A DNA stretch of 61,237 bases. Source: a virus (lineage: Duplodnaviria > Caudoviricetes). The stretch is taken from the IMG/VR virus record IMGVR_UViG_3300042939_000506, positions 1-61,237 of that record; one strand, given 5' to 3'. A model generated the notes under the pieces. That model worked only from the letters and a program-made list of their open reading frames with translations, was not told the origin of the DNA and made no database searches. Position 1 is the first letter of the stretch. The number at the start of each line of letters is the position of its first letter. This document shows, in pieces, positions 19,067 through 28,257 of this stretch. The position numbers and the translations under genes are program-made.

Positions 19067-20148
19067 GGTTTCACCCTCCCGTCGATTTCGATGCCCGTCG
19101 CTGCGATCAGCGACTCAAGAACGTCATTGAGCAACCAGAACATCCGCTGGATCGACTCTGCTGTCGCGTTCGGACCGTTCATCGCGTCCAGCAGTTCCTG
19201 GTAAGCGCGCTTGGTCAGATAGTTGTTCAGCACGAACTCGACCACATCGTTGATTGCCTGCCGGGTATTGCCCAGATCGACCTCATATTTATCGGAAAGA
19301 TCATCCAGAGCGGACTTCTCAGCCTTCTTCTCCAACGCCAGATCCGCGTACTGAATCACAGTGCCGACTTGCTGGTCGATGTACTGGGTGTTCAACCGGA
19401 TCTGATTTTGCAAGCCGTCAGTAACCGTCACGTCAGCCTTTTTCGCCAACTCCTGCCCAACCAGCGTCATATCCCCAGCGTGCAAGTCGGTGAGGTTCTG
19501 ATTCTGCTCACCGATATAACCCATCGTGTTAGCAAGCTCGCTGTCCAGCTTGGTTTCCAACGCAGCAATCCGCGCCAGCAACGGGGCCGTCGCCGCCGCC
19601 ACCGCGGCCTCGACAGCCGCCTGGTCGATGGCACCGCCAGAAGCCTCAAGCGCGTCGTCGATGGTGAGAACACGCTTGCCGTTGACGCTCAGATTCCCGC
19701 CCGGAACCTCAATGTCCATGCTCACCGGGTTGGGGTTCGGCCCGGAAGCTGTCAGGTTCAGTGCTTCGATAACAACTTTGGCGTTCGGGCTGGCATCTTT
19801 GACGTTGAGTCGGATGCGTTCCGGCAGCGCGTTCATCTGCGACTGCACCGCCTGGAAGATCATGGGTGCAAGATCGGTGAGCTTTTCCTCAAGAATCGTC
19901 GTCCAGTTCTCCTCGGTCAGCCCGAGCGGGACCTCCGCGACAGCCGCCTCGATGAGGGCGGTGACTGCCGCCGCGTTCAGACCACCACCGGTCTGTAGCC
20001 CTCCTGTCGCCGCCGCGATAAGCTCCGCAACCTGCTCCGCTGTCAAGCCGGGGTTACCAACCACCCGTTTGATCTCGGTGTTCACTACCACCGGAAGCTG
20101 TGTGCCGGGTGCCTTCTCGGTGTTGATGGAGATGAGCTTGTTGGTCAC
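19063..20148 (-). CDS. Virion-associated coiled-coil protein
   Basis: Ala/Leu/Glu-rich helical stretches; position in tail operon. Confidence 0.65.
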   Translation of the reverse strand: MTNKLISINTEKAPGTQLPVVVNTEIKRVVGNPGLTAEQVAELIAAATGGLQTGGGLNAAAVTALIEAAVAEVPLGLTEENWTTILEEKLTDLAPMIFQAVQSQMNALPERIRLNVKDASPNAKVVIEALNLTASGPNPNPVSMDIEVPGGNLSVNGKRVLTIDDALEASGGAIDQAAVEAAVAAATAPLLARIAALETKLDSELANTMGYIGEQNQNLTDLHAGDMTLVGQELAKKADVTVTDGLQNQIRLNTQYIDQQVGTVIQYADLALEKKAEKSALDDLSDKYEVDLGNTRQAINDVVEFVLNNYLTKRAYQELLDAMNGPNATAESIQRMFWLLNDVLESLIAATGIEIDGRVKP

Positions 20149-20156
20149 CGACGCCC

Positions 20157-20882
20157 CTATCCGTACTCGACGTAATCCAGGGCCGCGGAGAATCTGCGTG
20201 GCCCGAGCCCTAACTTTTCCTTAGCCCCGTGCACCCGCAGCCCCAAGCTGCGGTTCCCGGTCCCGGTGGCCACCATGTTCGTCGAGTCGTTCCAGGTCCC
20301 CAGCGACACTCCGTCGCGGAACATGGTGTAGAGCTTGCCCTTCCACTCCAATCGCACGATGTTCCCCGGCGAGTACGCCCCGAACCGGGCGACCACGGTT
20401 TCCTTCAAGCCCTGACGGACGATCAGACCGATCTCTGAGGCGGCCAGCCAGATACCGACCCCGGCGTTGAATCCGGTGTTGGACACCCGCCCGTAGACGT
20501 GCGTCTGATAGTTGATGTCCCCGAGCAGCGTCTTGGTGGAATCGCCCATCGTTGCGACCAACGCCTCGACATAACCGTCCTCGGTGGGCGAGGTGGCCTT
20601 CGCGTAACGCATGTAGGAGATCCGCTCAAACACCCCGGCGGTGAAGTTGTCGGGAATCCCTATCCGGCAGCGGTTGTCGACAACGGAGGCGACGTGATCC
20701 AGAGAGGGGCCGTGATTGACCCAGGAGCCGTCGTCGTCGAGCTCGGCGTCGGGCCGGTTGAAGTCGTCGTACACCTGAACGGCGTTCCAGACGGTGGTGC
20801 GGCCCAGCATGATGCGACTGACGGGCTTGGCCCCCAGCCGAGCAGCAGTGATGGGCTTCGCCCCAAACCGTAGTGTGCTCAC
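20157..20882 (-). CDS. Minor tail protein
   Basis: N-terminal RLGAKPVSRIMLGRTTVW then YDDFNR lectin-like beta domain. Confidence 0.75.
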   Translation of the reverse strand: MSTLRFGAKPITAARLGAKPVSRIMLGRTTVWNAVQVYDDFNRPDAELDDDGSWVNHGPSLDHVASVVDNRCRIGIPDNFTAGVFERISYMRYAKATSPTEDGYVEALVATMGDSTKTLLGDINYQTHVYGRVSNTGFNAGVGIWLAASEIGLIVRQGLKETVVARFGAYSPGNIVRLEWKGKLYTMFRDGVSLGTWNDSTNMVATGTGNRSLGLRVHGAKEKLGLGPRRFSAALDYVEYG

Positions 20883-21295
20883 GTCGTCGAAATGATGTAG
20901 AGCGTGTTCGGGTCAGGCGAGGTTAGCGCCGCGTAGGCGGTGGAGGTGATCGGAACGATCCGCAGCGGCAGGAACGACCCTGCCGGGTCGGCTGCGGTGA
21001 CCACCCCGGTGTTGACCTTGGCCGGCGTCACCGCCTTGTCGGCCAGCTTTCCTGTCGTCACCGCCACATCTTTGATGTCGGCGGTCTCCACCGCCCCGGA
21101 GGCGATCTTGACCGACGTGACCGCACCGTCGTTGATCTTCTCGGTGGTGACGTTCTTGTCCACCAGCTTGGCGGTGGTGATCGTGTTGTTGTTCACCGTG
21201 GACGGTGCGACCTCGGACAGTTCCTGACGAACCTCGGGGGCCAGCCGCTCCCCAACCGGCTTGGAGGGGTCATAGGAAATGAACAGGTCGGCCAT
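20879..21295 (-). CDS. Fibre-like virion protein
   Basis: 10-residue repeats (ITTAKLVDKN/VTTEKINDGA/VTTGKLADKA); C-terminal YAALTSPDPNTLYII. Confidence 0.75.
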   Translation of the reverse strand: MADLFISYDPSKPVGERLAPEVRQELSEVAPSTVNNNTITTAKLVDKNVTTEKINDGAVTSVKIASGAVETADIKDVAVTTGKLADKAVTPAKVNTGVVTAADPAGSFLPLRIVPITSTAYAALTSPDPNTLYIISTT

Positions 21296-21313
21296 GCGGC
21301 CAAGATTAGAGAC

Positions 21314-21658
21314 TCAGAGGGCAACGGCGGCAAAAGCGTCGAACGACGCCTCAACCTCCTCCTGCGAGAAGCCCTGCGGCTGCGCGACGTAATTGTTGCC
21401 GTTCAGTTTTGCGTCCACCATCGGCGAATACAGCTTGTCGAGGAACTGGGAACGCTTGAAGTCGGAATCCTTGGCCCCTTCGTTGGCGATGCTCTCAAGA
21501 ATCGCCATTTCGGTCAGATCCAAAGCCAGGTGCATGTTCGCCAAATCCATCGGAAGGCTGATGCCCGACTGCAGCATCTTGACCCGGATGGTGCGCCAGT
21601 GATGAGCCGTCAGCACGCTTAGCGTGATGACGGCGACGTAGGGCGGGCAGTGCCCCAC
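21314..21658 (-). CDS. Probable tail chaperone T-like segment, possibly reached by -1 frameshift
   Basis: Overlaps the end of 21619..21981 in the -1 frame; no clear RBS of its own. Confidence 0.5.
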   Translation of the reverse strand: MGHCPPYVAVITLSVLTAHHWRTIRVKMLQSGISLPMDLANMHLALDLTEMAILESIANEGAKDSDFKRSQFLDKLYSPMVDAKLNGNNYVAQPQGFSQEEVEASFDAFAAVAL

Positions 21659-21981
21659 GTCGCCACCGCTCTGGCGATCCTATCAATGCTGTCGGCGGGA
21701 GCTTCCCCGGAGATCATTTCGACATAGATGCGTTCCATTTCACCCTCGGCAAGATGGTTACGGACGAACAGCACCAGATAGTCCACGCGGGACGACACCT
21801 CGATCTGAGCGTTCGCGGCCATCGCCAGCGCAGGAATGGCATTGACCATTGGTCGGCGGGCCTTAACGATTCCTACACCTTCGACTTCAAGGTCGTGGAA
21901 CTTGGCCGGGTTTCGTTCCCAGCACTCCCACTGATCGGCGTCACCGATCATGTCGTCCAGCCCAGACGGCGGCTCGTACAC
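21619..21981 (-). CDS. Tail assembly chaperone-like protein (second copy)
   Basis: Aligns by eye with 33740..34135; AGGAGG RBS; ends ARPTSPSSR. Confidence 0.6.
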   Translation of the reverse strand: MYEPPSGLDDMIGDADQWECWERNPAKFHDLEVEGVGIVKARRPMVNAIPALAMAANAQIEVSSRVDYLVLFVRNHLAEGEMERIYVEMISGEAPADSIDRIARAVATWGTARPTSPSSR

Positions 21982-21988
21982 GGCCCTC

Positions 21989-23299
21989 CTAGAGTTGCTG
22001 CGCTCCCGGTATCACGATGCTCACACTGATCGACCAGCTGGCGAAGTAGGCACGCGGCACGGTGGCGAACAGACGCTCCCACGTCGGATTGGGTGGGCTG
22101 TTCAACGACGCCACTGCCAGTGAGACCGACGTTCCGTTACGTTCAGCAACCGCGGTCATGCCGTCCGGCGGTGTCTGCGCCACCGCCGCCGGACCCAAAG
22201 TGAGATCCAGCGGATTGTCCGTTCGGGCGAAGAAACTCGCGCACAGCAGCAGTTGGCCGTTACGGGCGACCGACGGTGCGATGTGCAGTTCACCGTCCTT
22301 TGCCCAGCGGCGGCGGGTGGATGCCACCGCCCACCCCAGACTGCCGACATCACCGCCCACCGACCCGGCGTTACGCAACGCGACCAGGCACACCACTTCC
22401 TCGATGAGGGTGCTGTTCCCGAAGGTGTAGTTCGCTGGTTCCGACGCACCTGCCACCTTGGTAAACACGCGCAGGTGCGACCCACCCAGACCGGCCAGGC
22501 CGTCGTTGACGCTGTGCAGTAACGCCCATCCTGCCGGGGCGGTGATGGCGTTGGAGGTACCGGCGTTGTTACCGCAGATGGCCACCAGAACGTCCCCCGC
22601 CGCCACACCGGTCGGTTTCGTCACGGTGACGGCGGTGTTGATTGCCGTGGCGGTGGTCGGAGTGCCGACGATCTGAGGGACAGGACGCGGCCCCGGTTCG
22701 GTGATCTGCGGAACGGCGAACAGGTCCAGGCGCAGAGCCCCGGCGATCACATTGGACTCGGTGTTGGAGTCTCCACCGTCAATGGGCGTGGACTCCCAGA
22801 ACTCGCTGACGAACCGGACATCGACCTTGGCGGTGATGCTGGCCCCCGGAGCCACGGCAATCCAGCCGGTCAGCTGTGGCATCAACGGAATGGTGGTGGA
22901 GGGTTGCCGCACCTCATGAACACCGAACCCGGTGCCCAGGCTGAGCAACCCGCCCATGCCGGCGTCAGCACCGCCGCCGAACCGGGACACCTCGGTCATG
23001 GTGGGGTTTCCGCTCAGAGCTAAACCGTGATCCATCCGAATGTAGCCGCGTGAGCGGGTCTGCAGAGCCACCGACGAACCGCTCTGTGTGACCAGCCCGT
23101 ACACCTGCTGAGTCAGCGGAGAGTTGTTCGTCCACGTCCGGGTGATGGACTGCAGCAGATCGTTCTTCGCCGCTCCGCCTGTGGTTCCGTAGTTCCTGGC
23201 GGTGGCCTCGACCTCAGCGGAATCCACTCGCCGCAGCTGCATCCACGGTTGCGGAGCCAAAGCCCCGTCAGTGGCGTCGAAATGATTGGGATGGATCAC
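21989..23299 (-). CDS. Minor tail protein
   Basis: Gly/Ala/Thr-rich; TVTKPTGVAAGDVLVA domain; GTGA coupling at 23299. Confidence 0.8.
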   Translation of the reverse strand: MIHPNHFDATDGALAPQPWMQLRRVDSAEVEATARNYGTTGGAAKNDLLQSITRTWTNNSPLTQQVYGLVTQSGSSVALQTRSRGYIRMDHGLALSGNPTMTEVSRFGGGADAGMGGLLSLGTGFGVHEVRQPSTTIPLMPQLTGWIAVAPGASITAKVDVRFVSEFWESTPIDGGDSNTESNVIAGALRLDLFAVPQITEPGPRPVPQIVGTPTTATAINTAVTVTKPTGVAAGDVLVAICGNNAGTSNAITAPAGWALLHSVNDGLAGLGGSHLRVFTKVAGASEPANYTFGNSTLIEEVVCLVALRNAGSVGGDVGSLGWAVASTRRRWAKDGELHIAPSVARNGQLLLCASFFARTDNPLDLTLGPAAVAQTPPDGMTAVAERNGTSVSLAVASLNSPPNPTWERLFATVPRAYFASWSISVSIVIPGAQQL

Positions 23300-23895
23300 T
23301 GCGACCCCACCGGAGTAGCGAAAGCCAGCAGCCGTGTCCACCGGGCGTTGGCCTCCCAGCGCGGGTCGAACTCACTGGGCGTGGTCCACACTCCCGGCGT
23401 CTGAACCGCCGCCAGATACCGGAAATGAAGCACCTGCATCGACGGCACTACACCGACCGGAACCCAGGCGTGGGAGGAGTCGTAGTCGAAGAAGAATCGA
23501 CCGTACTTGAGGTCAGCCGCACTCACCTCAGGCCGGTCCACCTGCATCCTGCCGCCCACAGTGTCCTGCACCACCGAAGGGAACTCCGCGCTGGGGTCCA
23601 ACCCCACCGCCCAGGACCAGGCGTCGTGAATGAGCACCGTGGACGGCGACTGCGCCACCACGGTGCGTGGTGCCCGCAACACCTGAACATGCACGTCCTG
23701 CGGGTCGGGTGAGTTGTTGAACCACGTCAACTCGCCCTCAATGGTGGTCACCGGGTCGGGGCTGCGGGAAATCTCCCCGTCCTTGGTGGCCGTCAGGAAC
23801 CGTTCGGCCACGATTCGCGGAAACCAGTTGCGGCGCATCCCCACAGCCCCCGGTGTGGTCAGCATGTATTCGGCAGTGCAAACCCGCACACTCAC
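23296..23895 (-). CDS. Minor tail protein
   Basis: Similar by eye to neighbouring 23892..24524 (VCTxE, WxNxxP, IxDxWxWA); GTGA coupling. Confidence 0.75.
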   Translation of the reverse strand: MSVRVCTAEYMLTTPGAVGMRRNWFPRIVAERFLTATKDGEISRSPDPVTTIEGELTWFNNSPDPQDVHVQVLRAPRTVVAQSPSTVLIHDAWSWAVGLDPSAEFPSVVQDTVGGRMQVDRPEVSAADLKYGRFFFDYDSSHAWVPVGVVPSMQVLHFRYLAAVQTPGVWTTPSEFDPRWEANARWTRLLAFATPVGSQ

Positions 23896-24524
23896 CCCAC
23901 AACCACCTTTCCCTGCTGCGGAAACACGACCAGCTGAACCCGCGACCACCCCGCCGCCGCTTCATGCTGCGGATTGTTCTTGTTGGCGTTGTCGCTCCAC
24001 GGCGGCGGGGTCCACACATAGCAGCGGTACCGCACGTTGATCCGCTGCCCTGGCGAGACCGGCCCCACCCACTCGTCGGCACACGTCGAACCCGACCACA
24101 CCCACTGCTTGCCGGGGTTGGGCTCAGCGACACTGTTGGTTCCCAGGTCGATGGCACTTCCGGTCTGAGAGTTGAACACTCCGGTCGTCAGCGGGGCTGT
24201 CGGCTCCCGGTCAATCGCCCAGGTCCACCGATCCCGAACCTGAATGGCGTTGGGGTTGCTGACGATCCAGGAGCGGTGCCCCCGAATCACCCGGATCAGC
24301 ACCATCACGTCCACCGGGGCGTCGTTGGTCCACCCGAACGAGGGAATGTCGATGAGCAGCTTTCCCGGCAGTGTCACCGTCGGGGCCAGCTTGCCGTCAC
24401 CGCCGGACTCGGCTTTCACATCAGCGACCAGACGCGGAACCGCCCAGCGGCGTAGCCGCAGCTGGCCGGCGTCGTCGATGTCAAGATGTTCGTCGGTGCA
24501 GACGTTGGGTTCCACCCAGTCCAT
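23892..24524 (-). CDS. Minor tail protein
   Basis: MDWVEPNVCTDEHL start; position after tail-tip genes. Confidence 0.75.
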   Translation of the reverse strand: MDWVEPNVCTDEHLDIDDAGQLRLRRWAVPRLVADVKAESGGDGKLAPTVTLPGKLLIDIPSFGWTNDAPVDVMVLIRVIRGHRSWIVSNPNAIQVRDRWTWAIDREPTAPLTTGVFNSQTGSAIDLGTNSVAEPNPGKQWVWSGSTCADEWVGPVSPGQRINVRYRCYVWTPPPWSDNANKNNPQHEAAAGWSRVQLVVFPQQGKVVVG

Positions 24525-24534
24525 GTGCGGAAGC

Positions 24535-25809
24535 CTACGGACTTCTGGTGTCGGCGACAGTGACCGAATGAACCGAACTGGGTGTGAACTGTCCAAACGC
24601 CCCGAACACTGAACGGCCCCCGAAACCCCACCCCCGATTACCGGCGAGGGGCTGAGTGATCCGGGTGGGATCGTCCCATTCGATCAACACGGTGCTGCCG
24701 CGCAGCACCCGGTAGGAATACGGAGCACGACCAGGATCAGGGTTATCGTCCCCGCACTGCAACGTCAAAGGGACGCCGACCGCAGGTTTGTCGCAGGGCA
24801 CCCGTTGAACGAGTTCTTCGCCGCTGCCCAGGTTGTACCCCAGATGCAGCCGACCCTTACCGCCCACGTCCACGTCCCACCACGCCATCACATACGCCTT
24901 GTGATCGTTGGAGACCCTTCCGAAAACAATGTCGTCAGCAGATTCGGCAAGGGCGATAGTCTGCAACACGCGAGTTCCGGTGACACGGGTGATGGCCTGA
25001 TACGGCGTCGCGGTCTGTGCGTCGGGAGAGTTGACCCGGAAGCATCGAACGTAGTTGGCCAAAATCCCGGTGCGCGGCCAGACCGCCTCACCGCCCTTGA
25101 CCTCATAGGTTCCGTTGCTGTTGTCGGTGTAGATACGCCACCCAGACCCCAGCGGGCCGTCAGTACGCTCAAAGTCATCGCCACCCACGATGCCGTTGAC
25201 CGGCTTGTTCACCAAAGCGAGAAGCTGAGCGATGGACGTGGCCTGCGAAGCTGTGGTCGCCATGAGCAGCGCGAACTGATCGGTGGCGTCATTGGGGCTG
25301 ATCGTGGTGTCCGGCTTGGTGCCGGTCAGGTTCTGAAACAGCGAGTCCAGAAACGCCTGCCACTCCTCGACCTTGAGGAACTCCTTGATGTTCTCCATCA
25401 GAGCGGCGACGTTCTGTTCCAGTTCGGCGTTGAACGCCGCCAGCTGAGTCCCGATGGAGTCGAATATCTGCTGTGGCCCGTCATTGCCGGTGAGAATCGA
25501 GATCAGCGACTCAAAGAACGCCTGCGGCGAGGACAGGTCCAGGCCGGTGGATTGTTGAATCTGATCGACGATGTTGGACGGCTTGACCGGTCGGCTGACC
25601 GTCGCCGGGGTCAAAATCGGGTCGGAAAGCACCACCTTGCTGCCCGGAGTGGTGGCGATCAGATCGCCGCCCCGACTGTTGAGAACCCAATCCCCGACCC
25701 GCACACTCGACGAGGATTCCAATGTCTCCACCCGCCGTTGAATCTCCCGCGCCCACTCGGCGTCGGTGCGGGGAGCGCGGCCCCGCCGGCTTGGAAGCGT
25801 GCTGCTCAT
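24535..25809 (-). CDS. Minor tail protein
   Basis: PRTDAEWARE N-terminus, helical middle, GDDFER beta domain. Confidence 0.8.
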   Translation of the reverse strand: MSSTLPSRRGRAPRTDAEWAREIQRRVETLESSSSVRVGDWVLNSRGGDLIATTPGSKVVLSDPILTPATVSRPVKPSNIVDQIQQSTGLDLSSPQAFFESLISILTGNDGPQQIFDSIGTQLAAFNAELEQNVAALMENIKEFLKVEEWQAFLDSLFQNLTGTKPDTTISPNDATDQFALLMATTASQATSIAQLLALVNKPVNGIVGGDDFERTDGPLGSGWRIYTDNSNGTYEVKGGEAVWPRTGILANYVRCFRVNSPDAQTATPYQAITRVTGTRVLQTIALAESADDIVFGRVSNDHKAYVMAWWDVDVGGKGRLHLGYNLGSGEELVQRVPCDKPAVGVPLTLQCGDDNPDPGRAPYSYRVLRGSTVLIEWDDPTRITQPLAGNRGWGFGGRSVFGAFGQFTPSSVHSVTVADTRSP

Positions 25810-26846
25810 TCGTCGCCACCATTCCTCTCGGTCAGTTCCAGCAACTCGGGAGGATCATCGTCGACAGATTCCAGCGTCACCGAAACCGTCGACCCTTCCT
25901 CAACCATCTCCACCTCGACAGAGTTCAACTCCATCAACGACAGCACTCCGAACGCCTCCACAGTCATACGCACAGACGGCACCAACTGATCCACCCCCAA
26001 AGGGGCTTCCGGGTGCAGCCTCGTCCCAGAATCCACCGTCACCGCCTCCCTCAGCGAGGAGCAGTACCGCAAATACTGCCGCGCCGCCCGGTCGGCGTTG
26101 GAAACCCCGAACAGGGAATCCACGTTGACGATGGTCTGCAGGTTCAACGACCCCAACTTGCGTCGGGCGCGGGAACGGTCATCAGCACCCCGCACCAGCA
26201 CATCGTTGTAGGTACGGGCACCGTCGCGCACCAGCGACAACCCGTCATCAAGAAAATCGTGCTCACCCAGCGCGGCCAGCGGAGTTCTCGGCGCAGGCCC
26301 CAGAACCGGTGTTCCGGCCACCACCGTCCAGGTCAACCCCAACCCGACCAGAGTGTCGAAAATGCTGTCCAGCATCGCCGCGTCAGCTTGAGTGTCGAAA
26401 TTGAACCGGTCAGCCAGCGGGTCCAGTCGCATCACCGGAGTGCTGGACAGACGATGGTTCTCCATCATCGCCACCCACAACTCTCGGGCGATCTCACCTG
26501 GATCGGAGGACTCCCACTGCTTGCTCACCGGGCAGCGGGTGCGGCTCAGCAGAGCCGCCTCATCCCGCGCCGAAACGGTCAACCGGTTACGGGTGTAGGT
26601 GGCCTTCTGCACCGGCCCCCGCCAGTACAGCACCGTCCCGGTGTCGTCCCACACGCTGATCCAGTGCAGCCACGGCAGCACGTCGGGCATCCCGTCGACC
26701 ACCGCCACCTCAACCTCGCAGCGCGACACCTCCGACACTTCCCGGTTCCACGTCAACTCCACAATCTCCGATGGCAGGTACTGATACAGCGGAACACCGG
26801 CAGCGGTGTGCAACGCCACCACCTGGCCGGGAGTTATCAGCATCAC
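25806..26846 (-). CDS. Minor tail protein (baseplate hub-like)
   Basis: Second gene after tape measure; WNREVSEVSRCEV, PWLHWISVW..YWRGPV. Confidence 0.8.
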   Translation of the reverse strand: MMLITPGQVVALHTAAGVPLYQYLPSEIVELTWNREVSEVSRCEVEVAVVDGMPDVLPWLHWISVWDDTGTVLYWRGPVQKATYTRNRLTVSARDEAALLSRTRCPVSKQWESSDPGEIARELWVAMMENHRLSSTPVMRLDPLADRFNFDTQADAAMLDSIFDTLVGLGLTWTVVAGTPVLGPAPRTPLAALGEHDFLDDGLSLVRDGARTYNDVLVRGADDRSRARRKLGSLNLQTIVNVDSLFGVSNADRAARQYLRYCSSLREAVTVDSGTRLHPEAPLGVDQLVPSVRMTVEAFGVLSLMELNSVEVEMVEEGSTVSVTLESVDDDPPELLELTERNGGDE

Positions 26847-28249
26847 GCCTCCCGGTCATGCAGCACCATCGACACCGAGAACTGCGTTCCCGGCGCAGTG
26901 TGCACCACGAAGTCCCAGCAGTCCTGCCGGTCAATCACCGGAGGTCTCCACGGCCCCCCAGTCGGAGTCCCCACCATCCCCACCGGGCGGCGGCGCAGAT
27001 TGTCATACACGCACCAGTACCGACCGCTGATCCCGTCCAAGGTCAGCGTTGTTTCCGGCGGCAACCCCGACACCTGCAACGGAAACCGGGTGGTTTCGCA
27101 GCGAATGTCCTCCGCGCAGGGACGCCAGAACGCCTGCAAACTCACCGGATCAGTGCCGGTGTTGGTGATCGTCACACTGACCGCGGTGTCCCGGCACCTA
27201 AACGGCGCATCCATCGTGGGAACCCGGAACCGGTGCTTGAGCAGACCGCCCACCGGCATACACCCGCCGCACACAGGCGGCGGGGTGGTGATCCGCTCGA
27301 TCTCCTCGGGCACACATTCGGTGGAGAACAGCACCGGCATGTTGTCGCACCACACCGGTTTCTCGCAGCCGGCGGCGTGAACCCAGTTGATCGGCAGTTC
27401 GGTGATCTCATCCCAATCCACGTCAGCGGGGTAGGCGGGAAGATAGGAGTACGGCGACAGCGACTCCATTTCCCAGGACACCTTATAGACGGTGGACTGC
27501 TGGTGGGCACGGCTGTTACCGAAGTACTCCTGTATCTCCGGGGCTTTGGTCAACACCACCCGGTGCAGCTGACGAACCAGAGAATCCGGGTCGGCGGCAC
27601 TGAACTCGGGGTGAGCGTTCAGATAGGTCAGCGTCGCCCCGTCCACACTCGCGGCCTCCCGCAACCGGCAGGTCAGCCAGTTCAGGCCGTGCTGCAGCCC
27701 GGCACCGGTACACCCGACCAGCAACGCCTCAAAGGTCACGGTGCGGGAAGTGTCACGGTGAATCCCCGCCACCGCCCCCGACCCCACCGCCTGAGTGATA
27801 GCTCGCTCAACCGGAGTGGTGTCCAGACCGGTCACCTTGGTCACCCACAGGCCGTGGAACTCCCCCGACTCCGGTACCTCCACGCTGTGCCACGGCGCAA
27901 GCTCAGGCCGGTACAGCGGATCTTTCAGCCACTGCCGCAACCCGGTCCAGGTGTCGTCGTAGCTCACCGTGGCGGTGCATCGGCAGGGCGGTGTCGGCTC
28001 CCAACACTGACCGACCTCCATCAGGCCCGGCCCGAACCGGCGTGACCCTCGGGGCGGGGAGTACAGATCATCCCCGGCAGTTCCGGCAGGAATGGTCGCC
28101 AGGCCGGGCTGCGCGAACACCAGTGAGCAGTCCTGGGTCCCGAACACCTCGGCGTCAGTGCTGGGAGTGACCCGACCCAGATGTGTGGCCAGCCGGGACG
28201 AGTTGGCAAACTCCTCACCGTTGAGGGCGAAGTATCCGCGGAAAGTCAT
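26843..28249 (-). CDS. Minor tail protein (distal-tail position)
   Basis: First gene after tape measure; FRGYFALNGEEFANSSR; Cys-rich. Confidence 0.8.
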   Translation of the reverse strand: MTFRGYFALNGEEFANSSRLATHLGRVTPSTDAEVFGTQDCSLVFAQPGLATIPAGTAGDDLYSPPRGSRRFGPGLMEVGQCWEPTPPCRCTATVSYDDTWTGLRQWLKDPLYRPELAPWHSVEVPESGEFHGLWVTKVTGLDTTPVERAITQAVGSGAVAGIHRDTSRTVTFEALLVGCTGAGLQHGLNWLTCRLREAASVDGATLTYLNAHPEFSAADPDSLVRQLHRVVLTKAPEIQEYFGNSRAHQQSTVYKVSWEMESLSPYSYLPAYPADVDWDEITELPINWVHAAGCEKPVWCDNMPVLFSTECVPEEIERITTPPPVCGGCMPVGGLLKHRFRVPTMDAPFRCRDTAVSVTITNTGTDPVSLQAFWRPCAEDIRCETTRFPLQVSGLPPETTLTLDGISGRYWCVYDNLRRRPVGMVGTPTGGPWRPPVIDRQDCWDFVVHTAPGTQFSVSMVLHDREA

Positions 28250-28257
28250 CGCTGTCC

